The translations under genes were made by a program, and so were the position numbers. Positions 37,167 to 49,958 of a stretch of DNA of 64,000 bases are shown piece by piece. The stretch is from Basidiobolus meristosporus CBS 931.73. Taxonomy: Eukaryota; Fungi; Basidiobolomycota. Position 1 is the stretch's first letter. Each line of letters opens with the position of its first letter. Below the pieces are notes generated by a model. It saw only the letters and a list, made by a program, of their open reading frames with translations. It searched no databases and was not told where the DNA came from. Where the stretch lies: positions 107,031 to 171,030 of the forward strand of contig MCFE01000104.1 of assembly GCA_002104905.1 (NCBI GenBank), read 5' to 3'.

Positions 37167-39695
37167 ATGTCAGCGAGGCAGTTGACTCGAAAGGTCGACC
37201 CACTGGCTATATCAAATGCAATCTTCTTCCTATGGCTTCGTTTACCAAGTACAAGACCATTCGCGACCTCACCTTGTGTGGAGCTCACGCAGAGCCGGCG
37301 AAGCACACCCTTGTCAAACGTCAAAAGTAGGCGTATGGGTGCACGAAGAACAATTTCCTTTGAGAATGGCCGCACGTTTCATTCGGCCGCTAGAACCTGT
37401 ATAGCAAGTAATACCAATGATGTGAGTTCCGATTTATCTTGCTATACGACCAGCCTGGATTCTTACAATGGTACGTCGCACTCGACGCATGACAAGCCAG
37501 CGTGGCTCAACCGGGTTGTTAAGGATATCCGAACCGACAATTCACTTGTGGCAAGACAAAAGGAGCATCTTATTGGAAGGTTGGCCCTATATGCGGAACA
37601 TCGAAAGCCAGAATACCTTGACTCACTAGTACAGAGCATTGTCGAGACAAATCCCAAGCGAGCCTTAGACATGTGGGTGAGGTTAGCGATGTCTCACGAT
37701 ACTGCCGGTCGGAGTGTATTTGATGGATTGATGTTACAGCAATCAGATAAGGAAGCACCACCACTAGTCTTGGATCTAGATAAACTGAAAAAACGCTATG
37801 GACCTGATATCTATTCTAAACTTGTCAAATCTTACGACAGTCTCCTGACAACACTCCTGCGAAGTGGCAGATCTGAACAGGCCATCAGTTTATACAAGAA
37901 GATGTCCAAGAGGCAGCTGGTTCCATCTTCCAGCGTGTTCGATGCCCTGGTTCGAGAATACTCTTCGCTACAGCGGTGGAATCTAGTTGAGCAGTTTCAG
38001 CGTGACACGCTCAAGCATAGCCTGGTGCCAGACATCAAGGGATATACTTTGATGATGAAAGTACTTTTGGAAAACTCGGACGCTTCGCGAGCGGCGCAGC
38101 TGTTCAATGATATGGAGACCAAAGGCATTCGGCCAGATAGTAGGGCTTACCGAACCCTGATCCACGGCCTGGCAAGGATCACGCACGTGTCATTAGCCAG
38201 GAAGTATCTCGACAAGATGATCAAAGACAACATCCGTCCCGATGCTATTGATTGTACAGTGCTAATAAATGGCTTTGGGAGAAATGGCGATCTGGAGAAT
38301 GCGAGACGAGTCTTTGATCTGATGGCTGAGCTTGGAGTAACGCCGAGCCTAACGACCTGCGGTGCTTTGATGCGAGCGTGTTTGGACAGCCGTCGAGTGG
38401 ATGAGGCTTTCCGGGTCTTTGACTCACTTGCCAGTTACGATCTACAACCAAATGTTGTGACCTACGGCATCTTGATCAATGGGCTGGTGAAGATCTCCCA
38501 CACAGCAGAGGCCTTCGATGTGCTTGATCAAATGAGCAAAGCGGGAATCAACCCCGATCAGCACATTTACACCTGTTTGATGAATGTGTGTGTTGGCCAT
38601 TCCCGTATGGACAAGGCCATGTCTCTGTTTAAGCGGATGGTCGCCCAGAAGATATTTCCAAACGTGGTCGCCTACTCCACACTTATCCACGGGTACTCTC
38701 GAACGGGTGATATGGATCAGGCGGAGAAGGTCTTTCAAGAAATGCTAAAATGCCAGGTCGCTCCAAACGATATTGTCTTCACAACACTGATCAATGGCTG
38801 CGTTAAATCTGGCGATATGGACGCCGCTATGCGCTATTTCTCTCAGATGCACGAGTTCAGTGTTGTTCCCAATCAAATAACCTACAGCACGTTGATCGAG
38901 GGTTACGCGAATGAAGGCGACATGGAGAGTGCAATCAAGCTTTTCGACGAGATGTTGGTGAAGAGCATTCGTCCAAATGCATACACCTTCAGTTCTTTGA
39001 TCCGAGGCTTTGTCAAGGCCCACAACCTGAAAAGTGCCATCGATACCTTCCGTCGCATGTCTGATCATCGAGTCAAGCCGAACGCAGTCATATACAGTAT
39101 TCTTATTGAAGTGCGCACAAAACAGCATCGGATGAAGGAAGCTATGCAGCTGTTCGAAGAAATGAACCTCCGAGGTATTGCACCAGACGTATTCACTTAC
39201 ACTTCGCTCATCGACGGCTGGATCAAGCGCAAGAATATGGGTAGAGCGGAGCGACTATTCGAGCAAATGGTGTCCAAAGGAATTGTTCCAAACAACGTCA
39301 CTTATTCTGCCCTAATAGATGGCTATCTTAAAGGCCGCGATTTCACCAGAGGCATGGAGATGCTCGCAGAAATGCTTCACAGAAAGCTCGCCCCGAACGT
39401 AGTCACCTACACCTCTATTATCGAAGCAACCATTAGAACCGGAAATGTTCAACAAGCTTTGTCAGTGATGAATCTCATGGTTTCTGAGAACATCTCACCC
39501 AACAACGCCACCTTCACCACCCTCATTACCGGATGTATCCGAAAAATGGAGCTTGAGACCGCGTCGAAGTTGTATCAAGCAATGCTTGATTCGGGGCTAA
39601 AACCTGACTCAACGATGTATGATACAGTTATCCCCCATCTCTTTAAAAAGTTGGATAAAGCTCGACGCATGTCCAGGCCACCCGTTCGTCGCTAG
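37167..39695 (+). CDS. Large P-type pentatricopeptide-repeat protein (about 14-15 tandem repeats)
   Basis: Regular 35-aa repeats P(N/D)xx(T/A)Y(S/T)xLIxG across about 500 aa. First ATG at 37167; presequence-like N-terminus. Confidence 0.94.
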   Translation: MSARQLTRKVDPLAISNAIFFLWLRLPSTRPFATSPCVELTQSRRSTPLSNVKSRRMGARRTISFENGRTFHSAARTCIASNTNDVSSDLSCYTTSLDSYNGTSHSTHDKPAWLNRVVKDIRTDNSLVARQKEHLIGRLALYAEHRKPEYLDSLVQSIVETNPKRALDMWVRLAMSHDTAGRSVFDGLMLQQSDKEAPPLVLDLDKLKKRYGPDIYSKLVKSYDSLLTTLLRSGRSEQAISLYKKMSKRQLVPSSSVFDALVREYSSLQRWNLVEQFQRDTLKHSLVPDIKGYTLMMKVLLENSDASRAAQLFNDMETKGIRPDSRAYRTLIHGLARITHVSLARKYLDKMIKDNIRPDAIDCTVLINGFGRNGDLENARRVFDLMAELGVTPSLTTCGALMRACLDSRRVDEAFRVFDSLASYDLQPNVVTYGILINGLVKISHTAEAFDVLDQMSKAGINPDQHIYTCLMNVCVGHSRMDKAMSLFKRMVAQKIFPNVVAYSTLIHGYSRTGDMDQAEKVFQEMLKCQVAPNDIVFTTLINGCVKSGDMDAAMRYFSQMHEFSVVPNQITYSTLIEGYANEGDMESAIKLFDEMLVKSIRPNAYTFSSLIRGFVKAHNLKSAIDTFRRMSDHRVKPNAVIYSILIEVRTKQHRMKEAMQLFEEMNLRGIAPDVFTYTSLIDGWIKRKNMGRAERLFEQMVSKGIVPNNVTYSALIDGYLKGRDFTRGMEMLAEMLHRKLAPNVVTYTSIIEATIRTGNVQQALSVMNLMVSENISPNNATFTTLITGCIRKMELETASKLYQAMLDSGLKPDSTMYDTVIPHLFKKLDKARRMSRPPVRR

Positions 39696-39996
39696 TCCAT
39701 TGCATCATTCATTCACAGCACGCATCATTTAGAATCATTGTCACATGGCCCATTTCTACACCATCCCTACTCATTGTCGTTCATTTACTTTATTTCACAC
39801 TTTTCATTTCAAGGGTTTTCTTCGGAGTTCAATGTATCATAGATAATGTTTTATATCCACTTGCATTCAACGCGGTGAAGCAGCGCCTAATAAATCTTGA
39901 TCTCACTCGAAAATTTCCTGATCCTGGATTTACCCATAAAACTCATCCCTATGGATATGAGCCTTCGCCATATCCCACCAACCAACCAACTTTACC

Positions 39997-41951
39997 ATGT
40001 CGAACAATGAAAAGGTAGAGTCACGCCATGCAGTTTTGTTTACCTTCCCACAAACTTCTCTCACTTTCAACTGGGAACGACCACTAAAACCTTTAATGTA
40101 GCGTACGCTGGAGTCCGAAATCTTCGGTAACAGTGATGAGGAAGATCTCTCAGATCTTGATAGATTAGACAAATTAAGTGACGAAGGTAGTTGAAAGCCC
40201 GTTTATCCACTACTCTTAAATACTCTTCTTGTTTTCTTCTTGGTCGCAACTCTTATCGATTGAAACCAACGTTCACCCCTTTCTGGCAAGAAGCACGATA
40301 CCCGTTGAAATTTACTAAGCCTTTTTACGTATTCTCACTTATTTCAGACGAACCGTCCCCCGCTAAATCACGGGTGCGCGAAGAAGAACCAAGGGAGGCA
40401 CCCTCAGCGCTCGATTCCTTACCATCTTTCCGTCGCAAACGGGAAGATTCGTCTGAGCCACGCGCCGAAAGACCTAGGTTGATTTCGTTGTCTCCAGTAC
40501 ATATGAATCCCAACGAGTCTCTCACACGAGCTATTTCATTTCTTTTGTAGGATTGAAAGACAGGAGAAACCTCGCAGAAGAGAAAGAGATGACCGAGAGG
40601 AGGAAAGAGAGTACAAAAGAAGAGGGAGGGAGGAGGAGGAGGAAGAACATAGTGTTAAAGATCCGAAGCAAGGTCTGTGGATGCAGAGCGTTTTCTTGCT
40701 GATAGCAAAGATATTTATCTACATCTAATAGCACTCCTTGATGAGGTTCGTCGTGATTTTGATGCAGCACTGGCTAGTATGAACGGGCGCAAGAAGAAGA
40801 GTAAAAAAGATGAGGAGGTAGATCACTTCACAGCCAGTGATACGGAATCCATGAGTGGCATCTAATTTCCGTTGCTCACCTAAGGATTTGGATGAGAGAA
40901 ACGATGATATGATCGTCGACCTACGTGAGCGAATGAAGCAGGCAGCGTATAATGATATTGAGGCAAATAACGAAAGAAAGCCAGCCATTGCCAAGATTCG
41001 GATTCTGCCCCAAGTCATGATTCAACTGAGAAAGTAAGCCAAGTGGCACCCGTAATTGTCAGATCAGCCGTATTGAGCCACCTTTCGAACAGGTCGAATC
41101 TTCACGAAGCCTTCGTGGAGAACCATATCTTGGAACCGATTAAAATGTGGCTCGAGCCGTTGCCAGATGGTGCACTACCAAGTTTAGATATTCAAACGGA
41201 GCTGCTTCAAATTCTAGATAAAGTGGGTGGCTTCGCTGAATCGGGCCGAAGACTGTCGCTAAACTTTTGATTGCTTAGCTTCCGATCCGTACCGAAAACT
41301 TGCGTGAATCCGGCGTCGGAAGAATTGTCATGTTTTTCACGAAAACTGATCGAGTCACTCAGAGAATAAGGCGTCTCGCCGAAGCGCTGGTTGGTTCGTA
41401 TGCTCTTGTAGTGATCTCCTTTAGGCGGTGCGTGATCTGACTATCAGTTGCTACTAGACAAATGGAGTCGACCCATCCTTAGGAGAAGTCAAAACTATAG
41501 AGACAGACTGGTTCGTGAAGCGGTGTACGACCAAGAGGAGTACGTATTAAATGGAATATTGGGACCATGGATGCATCTATTGACGATGGTAACCTCTTTA
41601 GGTCATATTCCTCACCAAGCACATCCCGTGGCGGTAACTTTGGTGGCGATCCAAGGTTTGTCTTCATCACATTCATCTGTTGGTAGTGCGCAAGCTGAAC
41701 GGGCGGTGCAATCTAGACAATCCGCGGACCTTCATCCAGGAGACGTAGGATACTCTGTGTCAGCACGAATTCCTCAATCCATCCGACCAGCGTACGATGT
41801 TCTTCCCAAATCCAACATTCGTGTAGACGCGAGGAACAAAGGCAACGACAAATACAGGAAACTCAAGAACCATATGTCCAGATTCAAGGGTGGACCCAAG
41901 AAAAATCCTGGTCCCAAGGTCAGCATTGAAGGGAAGAACATTGCTTACTAA
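39997..41951 (+). CDS. IWS1: Transcription elongation factor IWS1/SPN1 (multi-exon)
   Basis: LRERMKQAAYNDIEANNERKPAIAKIRILP, ILEPIKMWLEPLPDGALPSLDIQ, LRESGVGRIVMF, KWSRPIL. Confidence 0.9.
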
Positions 41952-42435
41952 GCTTTCTCCACACCCTCTTCGTTCTCCGCCCGCTAGATTTTCAATTCAC
42001 CGGCAAGCCCCAGTTTATTACCATTTGTCGTTTGTCCCGGGGATTTCATTCTTAAATATTATCCGGCGGTCTTGTATAGAGCCATAGCGTTTTGAATCAA
42101 ACCCGCAATAAATTACGCCCCTTTAATCATTCCATCCAAGAATAATGCTATCTTCCTGACTAAGATAAATATGATGATTCTGGAGGTTGGAGAAGCACTC
42201 ACTTCCAATGTCGACGTAATCAGACGAAAATCGTAATCACTGAATTTTTTGGTGAGCCTATTGATTAGTTGTGCTCTAAGGTAGCGGTATTTTGTTGGTT
42301 TCTAAGGTACAGTTACTACTATCAACTTCTATCAAGTTCCTTTATTACTCTTAATACTGGTGGCACTCACAAAAGCGACGATACTCCCCAATTCACATCA
42401 CAGATAAGATTCCCTGCTCTTGAATACTTAGAAAT

Positions 42436-43448
42436 ATGGCTAGAAGATACGATTCAAGAACCACTATTTTCTCTCCCGAAGGTGATTCCATCTCTGGCAT
42501 GCAGCTTGTCTATGCACCCGTATATTGACTTGTGGTTCAACTTTCTAGGTCGTTTGTACCAGGTTGAGTACGCTATGGAGGCTATCTCCATGGCTGGCAC
42601 CGTCATCGGTATTACTGGTACTGATGGGATTGTCATCGCTGCTGAACGTAAAGTCACCTCAAAGCTCCTGGAGCAAAGCTCTTCAACCGAAAAAGTCTAT
42701 GTCCTTGATGAGTATGTTTTCTACTGTCCCCTTGCTCCCTCTGCTATCACCGCCATTTACTAAATACGATCAATTCTAGCAACACCATTTGCGGAGTCGC
42801 AGGTATTACTTCCGACGCCAACATTCTCATAAACTTCTTGCGTCAACGCGCCCAGCAATATCTGTTTACTTACGGAGAAGAGATCCCCACTGAACAACTT
42901 GTGCAAAAGCTGTGTGACTTGAAGCAAGGCTACACTCAATACGGAGGTAAATTGGAATTTCTCAGTCAAGCCGTTTGTTGGCCGTGTGCTCAAAATATCC
43001 GCCCAATGTATCTTAGGTATGCGTCCATTCGGTGTATCCCTAATCTATGCCGGCTACGACAAGAACTACGGGTTGCAGCTATATCACTCCGATCCTTCCG
43101 GCAATTACAGTGGCTGGAAGGCTACGTGCATTGGTGCCAACAACGCTGGTGCACAATCTATCCTCAAGCAAGATTACAAAGAAGATATGACCCTTCAAGA
43201 TGCCATTGGCCTTACAGTGAAGATCCTCAGCAAAACTCTTGATAACGCCAATTTAACTGGCGAGAAACGTAAGTTCGATCATTTGTCACCACCATGACGA
43301 GGTTGACTAATTCTCATTTGTACTCGCAGTTGAGTTTGCCACCATTCGGGTAGTCAACGACAAAGTGGTTCAAAAGATCTACACAGTAAGCGAGATTGAC
43401 GAGCTAATGAAGGAGTTCAAAGATGCACAAGAGGCAGAATCCAAATAA
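42436..43448 (+). CDS. PRE9: 20S proteasome subunit alpha-3 (multi-exon)
   Basis: [16 protein letters not shown]|[53 protein letters not shown]. Confidence 0.96.
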
Positions 43449-43685
43449 TTCCGTCTCGGTCGTCTTAGGGCGCAAGCCATTCTATATAATTGGGAAATAA
43501 AATCAACTCTATTGTTAAATTCCACAGCATGGCGAATCTGATCTTGTATGTATGCTTGGGAAATCGTTGGGAATTCACGGCTTTTTTTTCTTTTAAATAA
43601 AAATTGATTTGAGTTGGGATACTATTCATTGGAGTATATCTTGTTGGCAGGTCTTCCATACCACCCAACTCAACGCGTACCCAAC

Positions 43686-44920
43686 ATGCAGATCGACAAC
43701 GAACCTACCGGCTTCACTTTTTCTGGTGACACATTTCGAAAAATCCACCCTGCCGAGTACTATCGTAAATTCCTGTCACAAAACATTCGCCCAGATGGAC
43801 GTAGCTTATCAGGCTATAGACAAACCAAAGTGACACCGGGTAAGGAGTTTTCTTGTTTTCTGGGCAAATGGAGAAGGGAGACTGTGTTTTGCACAAGCCT
43901 GTTCCACCAGGCCTAGCGATACCCTCTATTAATCCCGATTTCTGGATTTGTCAATGCAGGTGCTATCAGTACAGCCGACGGCTCCGCTCTTGTGCGTATT
44001 GGTGATACGTCGGTCCTATGTGGGATTAAGGCAGAAGTTGCGGAACCCAAAATTGCCACACCAAACGAAGGATTCGTAGGTCAGTAATGACACCAGCACA
44101 AGTAGAGTCAATATGGATCTCAGTTTTCTAACCTTTCGTATGCAATACTGCCTATGTTAGTCCCCAACGTCGAGTTGCCTCCTTTATGCTCCTCTCAGTT
44201 CAAACCTGGGCCACCAAGCGAGAAAGCTCAGGTATTGAGTGAAAATATCAACAACCTCTTGCATAGGTAAAATCAACGATGTATTCTGTTGCTACCACTG
44301 AGTATCGTACTGAACCACACCCAAGTTGCAAAATTATGTCACTCGACCAGTTGTGCATCGAGGAAGGAAAGGCGGTCTGGGTCCTCTATGTCGACATTGT
44401 ATGTCTCAACTACGATGGAAACATCTTTGACGCTGCATTGATAGCATTCATCGCTGCATTGAAGAATGGTTAGTTCAGCTGATACTGTTTTGTGATATAG
44501 TATGGATTATTGACCCGAAATCCGATTCTTTAGTCAAACTTCCCAAGGTCGCTTACTCCAGTGATGAGGGTATGGTCACAGCAACACGAGAGGAAGAAAC
44601 TCAACTGAAGTTGGATCATATTCTGTACCCGGCTACGTTCGGCCTCTTTGATGGGTTAGTGGATAGGTTCATTTTTCCGTATTCAATGCAATGCTTACAA
44701 TCCACTTTCACTCGGTAGTGAGCGGGTTATTGCCGATCCTAACCACACGGAAGAAAGTCTGGTAGATACGCTGGTAACCATCACTTTGGACGAAAGCAAC
44801 AAGTTGTCTGCTATTTGGAAAGATGGCGGAGTACCATGCAGCAAAGAGCAGATGCAAGAGTTTATTGAGGCAGCCAAAGTTCGGGCTCAAAAAGTTCAAG
44901 AAATCTTAGATCAACAATGA
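43686..44920 (+). CDS. RRP43: Exosome complex RNase PH-like subunit Rrp43 (multi-exon)
   Basis: FRKIHPAEYYRKFLSQNIRPDGR, STADGSALVRIGDT, WVLYVDIVCLNYDGNIFDA. Confidence 0.9.
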
Positions 44921-45024
44921 TTTATATATAGTTAGTGTCCGCGGTGTAATTTTATTTGATACAAAGCCCAAATAAATCGAGAAAATGCTTATTTTTGGTG
45001 GTAATCGATGCTGGATGTATACAC

Positions 45025-46917
45025 TCAATACTCTGAGCCTTCTATCTCCTCGACCAGTAGATTGGCACTAGGCCACAGGCGAGAGTTATCCCGGATTGTC
45101 TGATCTTGGCATTCCAACTTGATGACGGCTCTGGGCGGTGGTGAGACGAGATGGAATGTGTATCGGTGCTTGTACTCTGGAACTGGGTTGTCAGTCTCGA
45201 TTCCATCAACTGCAACGCCCAATGTATCGATGAAGGCATAGACATCCTTTAAACCATGAGACGAGTGAGTTCAATCATCGGAGGATGGCGCTTGCGACTT
45301 ACCTCTACTTTCTCATCTCCTCGGAATCTACGGATGACCTTTGCTCCATTTGCCATTTTGAAACTCAACCGTGCGGTGTTGGGTTCGTCAGATGATGGCT
45401 CTTTAGGTATAGTAGTAGCTAAGTATTGTCTATATCGTAATCGATCCGCTTCGAATTTACTTCGTGCTTTTTCGCTTTCCTCGGCCTCCACTCTCTCTCG
45501 CTCCCTTTGTCTCCGCTTCTCTTCAGCTTGCCGCTCCTGTACAGAAGTCAGTTAGTGGATCCATATAAATGTAACACTAATCATAGATACCTTTTCTTGA
45601 TCCGCTAATAGGCTAAGTCTGTAGGCTTCATCCTGCTGTTCTCTGATAATTCTGCTAGCTTCTCGTTCTTGGTATTCTCTTTGGACGAATTGAAGCTCGG
45701 TGGATGTACGATGAAGTTGGTCAGTCAGCATATGTAATATCATCTCCGGAGTGACTGGTCCTGGTTATCTGAGGGTCTTAATATGTGTGAAAGAAAAAAA
45801 TTCAAGGCTGTTTACCTTGCAACTTGTCAATTAAAGACAGGCTAGGCGAGTTATCGGACACAAACTGGAAACCAAGCAGGCCAACAAATGGAAAGGCGGT
45901 AGCCTGTAATGTCTTGCTGACTTGGTATGCTTCAGATTCACTAGTATTTCCACCCCATACAATGATCCTGTGCTCGCGAAGAAATTCAACCAACTTAACC
46001 GAGGCCAGAGTGTTCCTGATTTATGTGTCAGCTCAAGAGAGGTCACCTTCAATTAGGACTTCACTCACCGACAAAATGTACGGTTTACTTCTGGTCCATC
46101 GGTTAAAAGGACCACAAGTAAGTATTTTGCCTCTTGTTTGGCACGAGACAGTGCCTTGATTGCACAATGAATAAGCCGCATGAATATTACCAGCTAGTCG
46201 TCCTAAGCTTACCTCTGAGTATCCACCCACGAAGAACTCGGGTCTTGCTCCACCATAATTCTCCTCAAATTCTTGAATAAACTCCAATGCCACTATACGT
46301 GAGTTTCCTATCTCATCTTGCGTAGACGTTTCATCGAGAGGCACAAGTGAGGAGTCTATATTGAATAGTCTCTGTAAATTTCTAGACTACTATTTACCAC
46401 GTTATTGCTGGTAAATAACTTACAAAGGAGGGTCATTAGGCCACCTAGAACACCCCAAACCAACGTTACCGGAAACGTTACAACTGTTGTGATAGAGGAG
46501 CTAAGCGACTTTGGGAGTGGTGAGTTTTGTTCGCTGATAGAGCCCTTTACAGGCGTTTACAAAAGTTAACCATACTTCGGTAATATCCGACCTATTGCGT
46601 GACGAGGACGTTTCATAATAAGAGTTGTTACGGTGCTCTTCACCATCGAGAAATTCACTGATCGCTTTCTGCAAAAATGAGGTTCAGATGGTTGAGGACA
46701 GAATCTAGCCGAGCGTAGTTTTGGAATTTACTTCAATCTCCCAATTATTTTGACTTAGCAGCGCCACAGCATTCTCACAGTCATCGTTGCTTGTGACAGC
46801 CTAAAATAGCCCAATAACAATTTAGACTTGTAAAAATTCACTTTCGAGGTAAATACATACCCGGAATTGTAGTAAAATCTGCTCCTGTGCAGTGGACAAA
46901 GCTTGTGAATTACTCAT
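45025..46917 (-). CDS. UBA-like/UAS/UBX protein (FAF2/UBX3-like), multi-exon
   Basis: ALEFIQEFEENYGGARPEFFVGGYSE, WGGNTSESEAYQVSKTLQATAFPF, RIIREQQDEAYRLSLLADQEK, ARLSFKMANGAKVIRRF. Start inferred. Confidence 0.85.
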
Positions 46918-47153
46918 GAACGAAAGCCAAGTTGGGGATTTCTCTATACGTGAGTTATATAGTAGCAATCCCAAGCTAGATATGGCTGAGACAGTCTCAT
47001 GGATTTGGTGATTATCGTGTGTAAAAGATTTCCTGATCTTGGTCGAATCGGTGACTACGATTTCCAAGGTAAAATTAAGCTTCGGAAAATTTGGGGATGG
47101 ATCAAATATTACATTGGAATTTTAGCAATTTTATTATATAATCTTACACCGAC

Positions 47154-47681
47154 TTAGCTATAATCGCCGGGTATAACAGTCTGACATCCTTCAGTGCTAA
47201 GCCCCATATTGCAATCGTCTTTCTCATTGCAGCAGCGAATGCAGTAATCTCCAACATCAGGTTCGATGAGACTGACGAAGTACGTGTAGCCGTCGCATCC
47301 GGACTCTGGTGGGGCTCCTCTATTATCAAATTGACCGCCACCATCACTGCGGGACATGTTATATGCTTCAGGATTCATCTTACCAGTCACTTGAACAAAG
47401 GTACTTGTTTGGTTGAAATGCGCCGTTTGAACGAATCCCTCTGGGAGTGCAAGTGCTTTGGGTGCTACTGGGTTCGGTTTCGTGCAAAATACCACCGCAT
47501 CATGTTCATGCTCACCAATGATCATTGCTGGCTCAGGAGGTAAGAAAAGGCAGAAATCGGTAGCATTGTTCACGACAGTGAGGTGGTTGATGCTAGGATC
47601 GCCGACTGTGATGGGTTTACCAACAACCGAGGATGCAGATAGTAGTACGCTAACTAACGAGGCCAAGCTTTTGATGTACAT
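47154..47681 (-). CDS. Secreted Cys-rich protein, paralogue 1 (175 aa)
   Basis: Signal-peptide-like N-terminus from ATG 47681, upstream TATAAA; FCLFLPP..YCIRCCNEKDDC..GC..VIPGDYS. Confidence 0.88.
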   Translation of the reverse strand: MYIKSLASLVSVLLSASSVVGKPITVGDPSINHLTVVNNATDFCLFLPPEPAMIIGEHEHDAVVFCTKPNPVAPKALALPEGFVQTAHFNQTSTFVQVTGKMNPEAYNMSRSDGGGQFDNRGAPPESGCDGYTYFVSLIEPDVGDYCIRCCNEKDDCNMGLSTEGCQTVIPGDYS

Positions 47682-48528
47682 CTCGAGTGGAGTTACTTGA
47701 ATGTGGAATGCCTTTACCTTGGACGTCGGTTGGTATTTATAAAAAGTCTCCACCAATGAAAGCGTGGAGCCTTTGAGAACATGTCTAAATTGTCTAGTCC
47801 GAATACAGTAGACCACATGCATAGTCCGAATACATCTTTTGTGACGCGTACGATCAGGAGATAACTGTGAAAACGAATTTCGGCTCAGACTAGCTGACCA
47901 ACACTCCGATTGCTTAAGTGGCAGCTGTAGTCCCGATTCAGCTGTGAATGCATATATAGTAATGTCTCGATATACACATCAGACAACCAGGTCCAAAATG
48001 ACTCCAACACCGCTTTCTTGGCAAAAGTGCGAGTTTCCTAAAAGGGTTTCCATTAAATTCCATAGTTTCTGCGTTTCGATATACTGTGGGAATATCTCCT
48101 GCTCATGATGTAGGATAAAGAGGTTGCCAGAATTGGTTGCCAGGATTGGATAGTGCATTCAAACTTGGAGTCATGTCTTGGTTTCCGGAGAAACTTCGTC
48201 ATCTGCCGAATTTGCCGTAATTGATTCAAACAGTCAATACGTTCATATGCACAGTCGATCGCAGCTGGATTTTGAATGAAAATCATGTCGAACCTTGGAT
48301 TACGCCATGAGTGATACATTGACAGATTCGGGTTGACGCCAAAGTGTCACACATATCGAGCTACTGAGGGTGCTCATAGATACACTCCCATCAGTGGTCA
48401 CGTAACGATGATGACTGTTTAGGTGATATGGGCGCTTTAGCGTGGTTGATTATGTACCAAACCATTATCCATAATTGGTAAAAACGAGAGATGTCTTTAT
48501 CTGCTGTTGTTCAATAGGATGTGTGCCT

Positions 48529-48727
48529 TAGCAATATGAGGCGGTTCTATCAATACACAGCCCGTTAATAATACTTACAAATACCAAAATGTCGTAGGAA
48601 TGGAACCAAAATATCATTCACACCAGCTAGCAATATGAGGCAGTTCTATCAATACACAGCCCGTTAATAATACTTACAAATACCAAAATGTCGTAGGAAT
48701 GGAACCAAAGTGTCATTCCCACCAGCT
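48529..48727. repeat. 99-bp tandem duplication
   Basis: Two copies of agcaatatgagg..ctatcaatacacagcccg..ggaatggaaccaaa..caccagct. Confidence 0.9.
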
Positions 48728-49085
48728 GTTTTGGAAATAAAAGCATGCTGTGGCTTCATAATCGAACAGTAATTGCCACCCATTGGTGGCTAAAAATGGA
48801 TTAGCTCAGCCCTGGAATAGATGAGCATCATAATTGCCTAACAACTGCCGTCGATAATGCCAACATGTTATTATATGTGCATTAGAGATCAAATCATAAA
48901 CATGACATCAGTGTTCAACTAATCCATTAAAGGTTGCTAGAAGTTATTAATAGCATTTTCACAAACTAAGCTTAACACTGTAGAACAGACACTCGTCGTT
49001 ACATCCATCGATAAGCTCTGCAGAGTATAAAAACCACCGTCCGCGGCCTCCATGAGTATCGATTCAAGCACTCACAACCACCAAA

Positions 49086-49613
49086 ATGTTCAGTAAAAGA
49101 CTCGCCTCCGTTGTTGTCGCTCTGTCCGCCATCTGTTCTGTTACCAGCAAGCCAATTTCTGTCGGGGATCCAAGTATCAACCATCTTACAGTTGTGAACA
49201 GCGCAACGGATTTCTGTCTTTTTCTGCCCCCAAAGCCCGGTATGGTCATTGGTGAGCATGAACACGACGCTGTTGTGTTCTGCCTAAAGCCCAATGCCAA
49301 GGCTCCCAAGGCCCAAATGTTCCCCAAGGGATTTATCAAGAGCGCTCACGCCAAGAAGACCAGTTCCTACGTTCAAGTTACTGGACAAATGAATCCTAGT
49401 GCTTATAAGCTCTCACGAAAGGATGGGGGAGGGCAGTTTGATAACCGTGGAGCACCTCCCAAGTCAGGCTGCAATGGCTACACTTATTTCGTAAGCTTGA
49501 TCGAGCCAGACAATGGCAACTACTGTATCCGTTGCTGCAACGAGAAAAATGACTGTAATATGGGCCTTAGCACCGAAGGCTGCGAGACAGTCATTCCTGG
49601 TGATTATAGCTAG
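49086..49613 (+). CDS. Secreted Cys-rich protein, paralogue 2 (175 aa)
   Basis: Same motif set and Cys spacing; TATAAAA near 49026. Confidence 0.9.
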   Translation: MFSKRLASVVVALSAICSVTSKPISVGDPSINHLTVVNSATDFCLFLPPKPGMVIGEHEHDAVVFCLKPNAKAPKAQMFPKGFIKSAHAKKTSSYVQVTGQMNPSAYKLSRKDGGGQFDNRGAPPKSGCNGYTYFVSLIEPDNGNYCIRCCNEKNDCNMGLSTEGCETVIPGDYS

Positions 49614-49958
49614 ATGGCTATTACCAGATGTAGGATTTTGAAATGATTTTGTTCGTATTTTTGTAAGAAGCAATAAAACCTCCCACCCCTGTAAAACAAT
49701 ACAACCTCACTCCATCAATAATATTCCAGAGCCATTCTTACCTAATATTAATAATCGGTCCACCCAATGATCCATGCCCATTAGCGCCTGGATATCCCGT
49801 CAATTCATTTAAAATTAATGTACTCGTTGAGAACTGATTCGCTTGGCTCTGATCGGGCGGAACTTGGTAAAATAAGGTTTCCATACCATGGTTTCCCATA
49901 CCACTGGTTCTCCACTATAAAACCTCGGTCAAGGATGCTGCTCAACACGAAATTCATC

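Noticed and set aside
48529-48727. Direct repeats considered as a CRISPR-like array (also 24875-25031 and 51247-51312)
   Set aside because: They are contiguous tandem copies without unique spacers, in a eukaryotic context with no cas genes.
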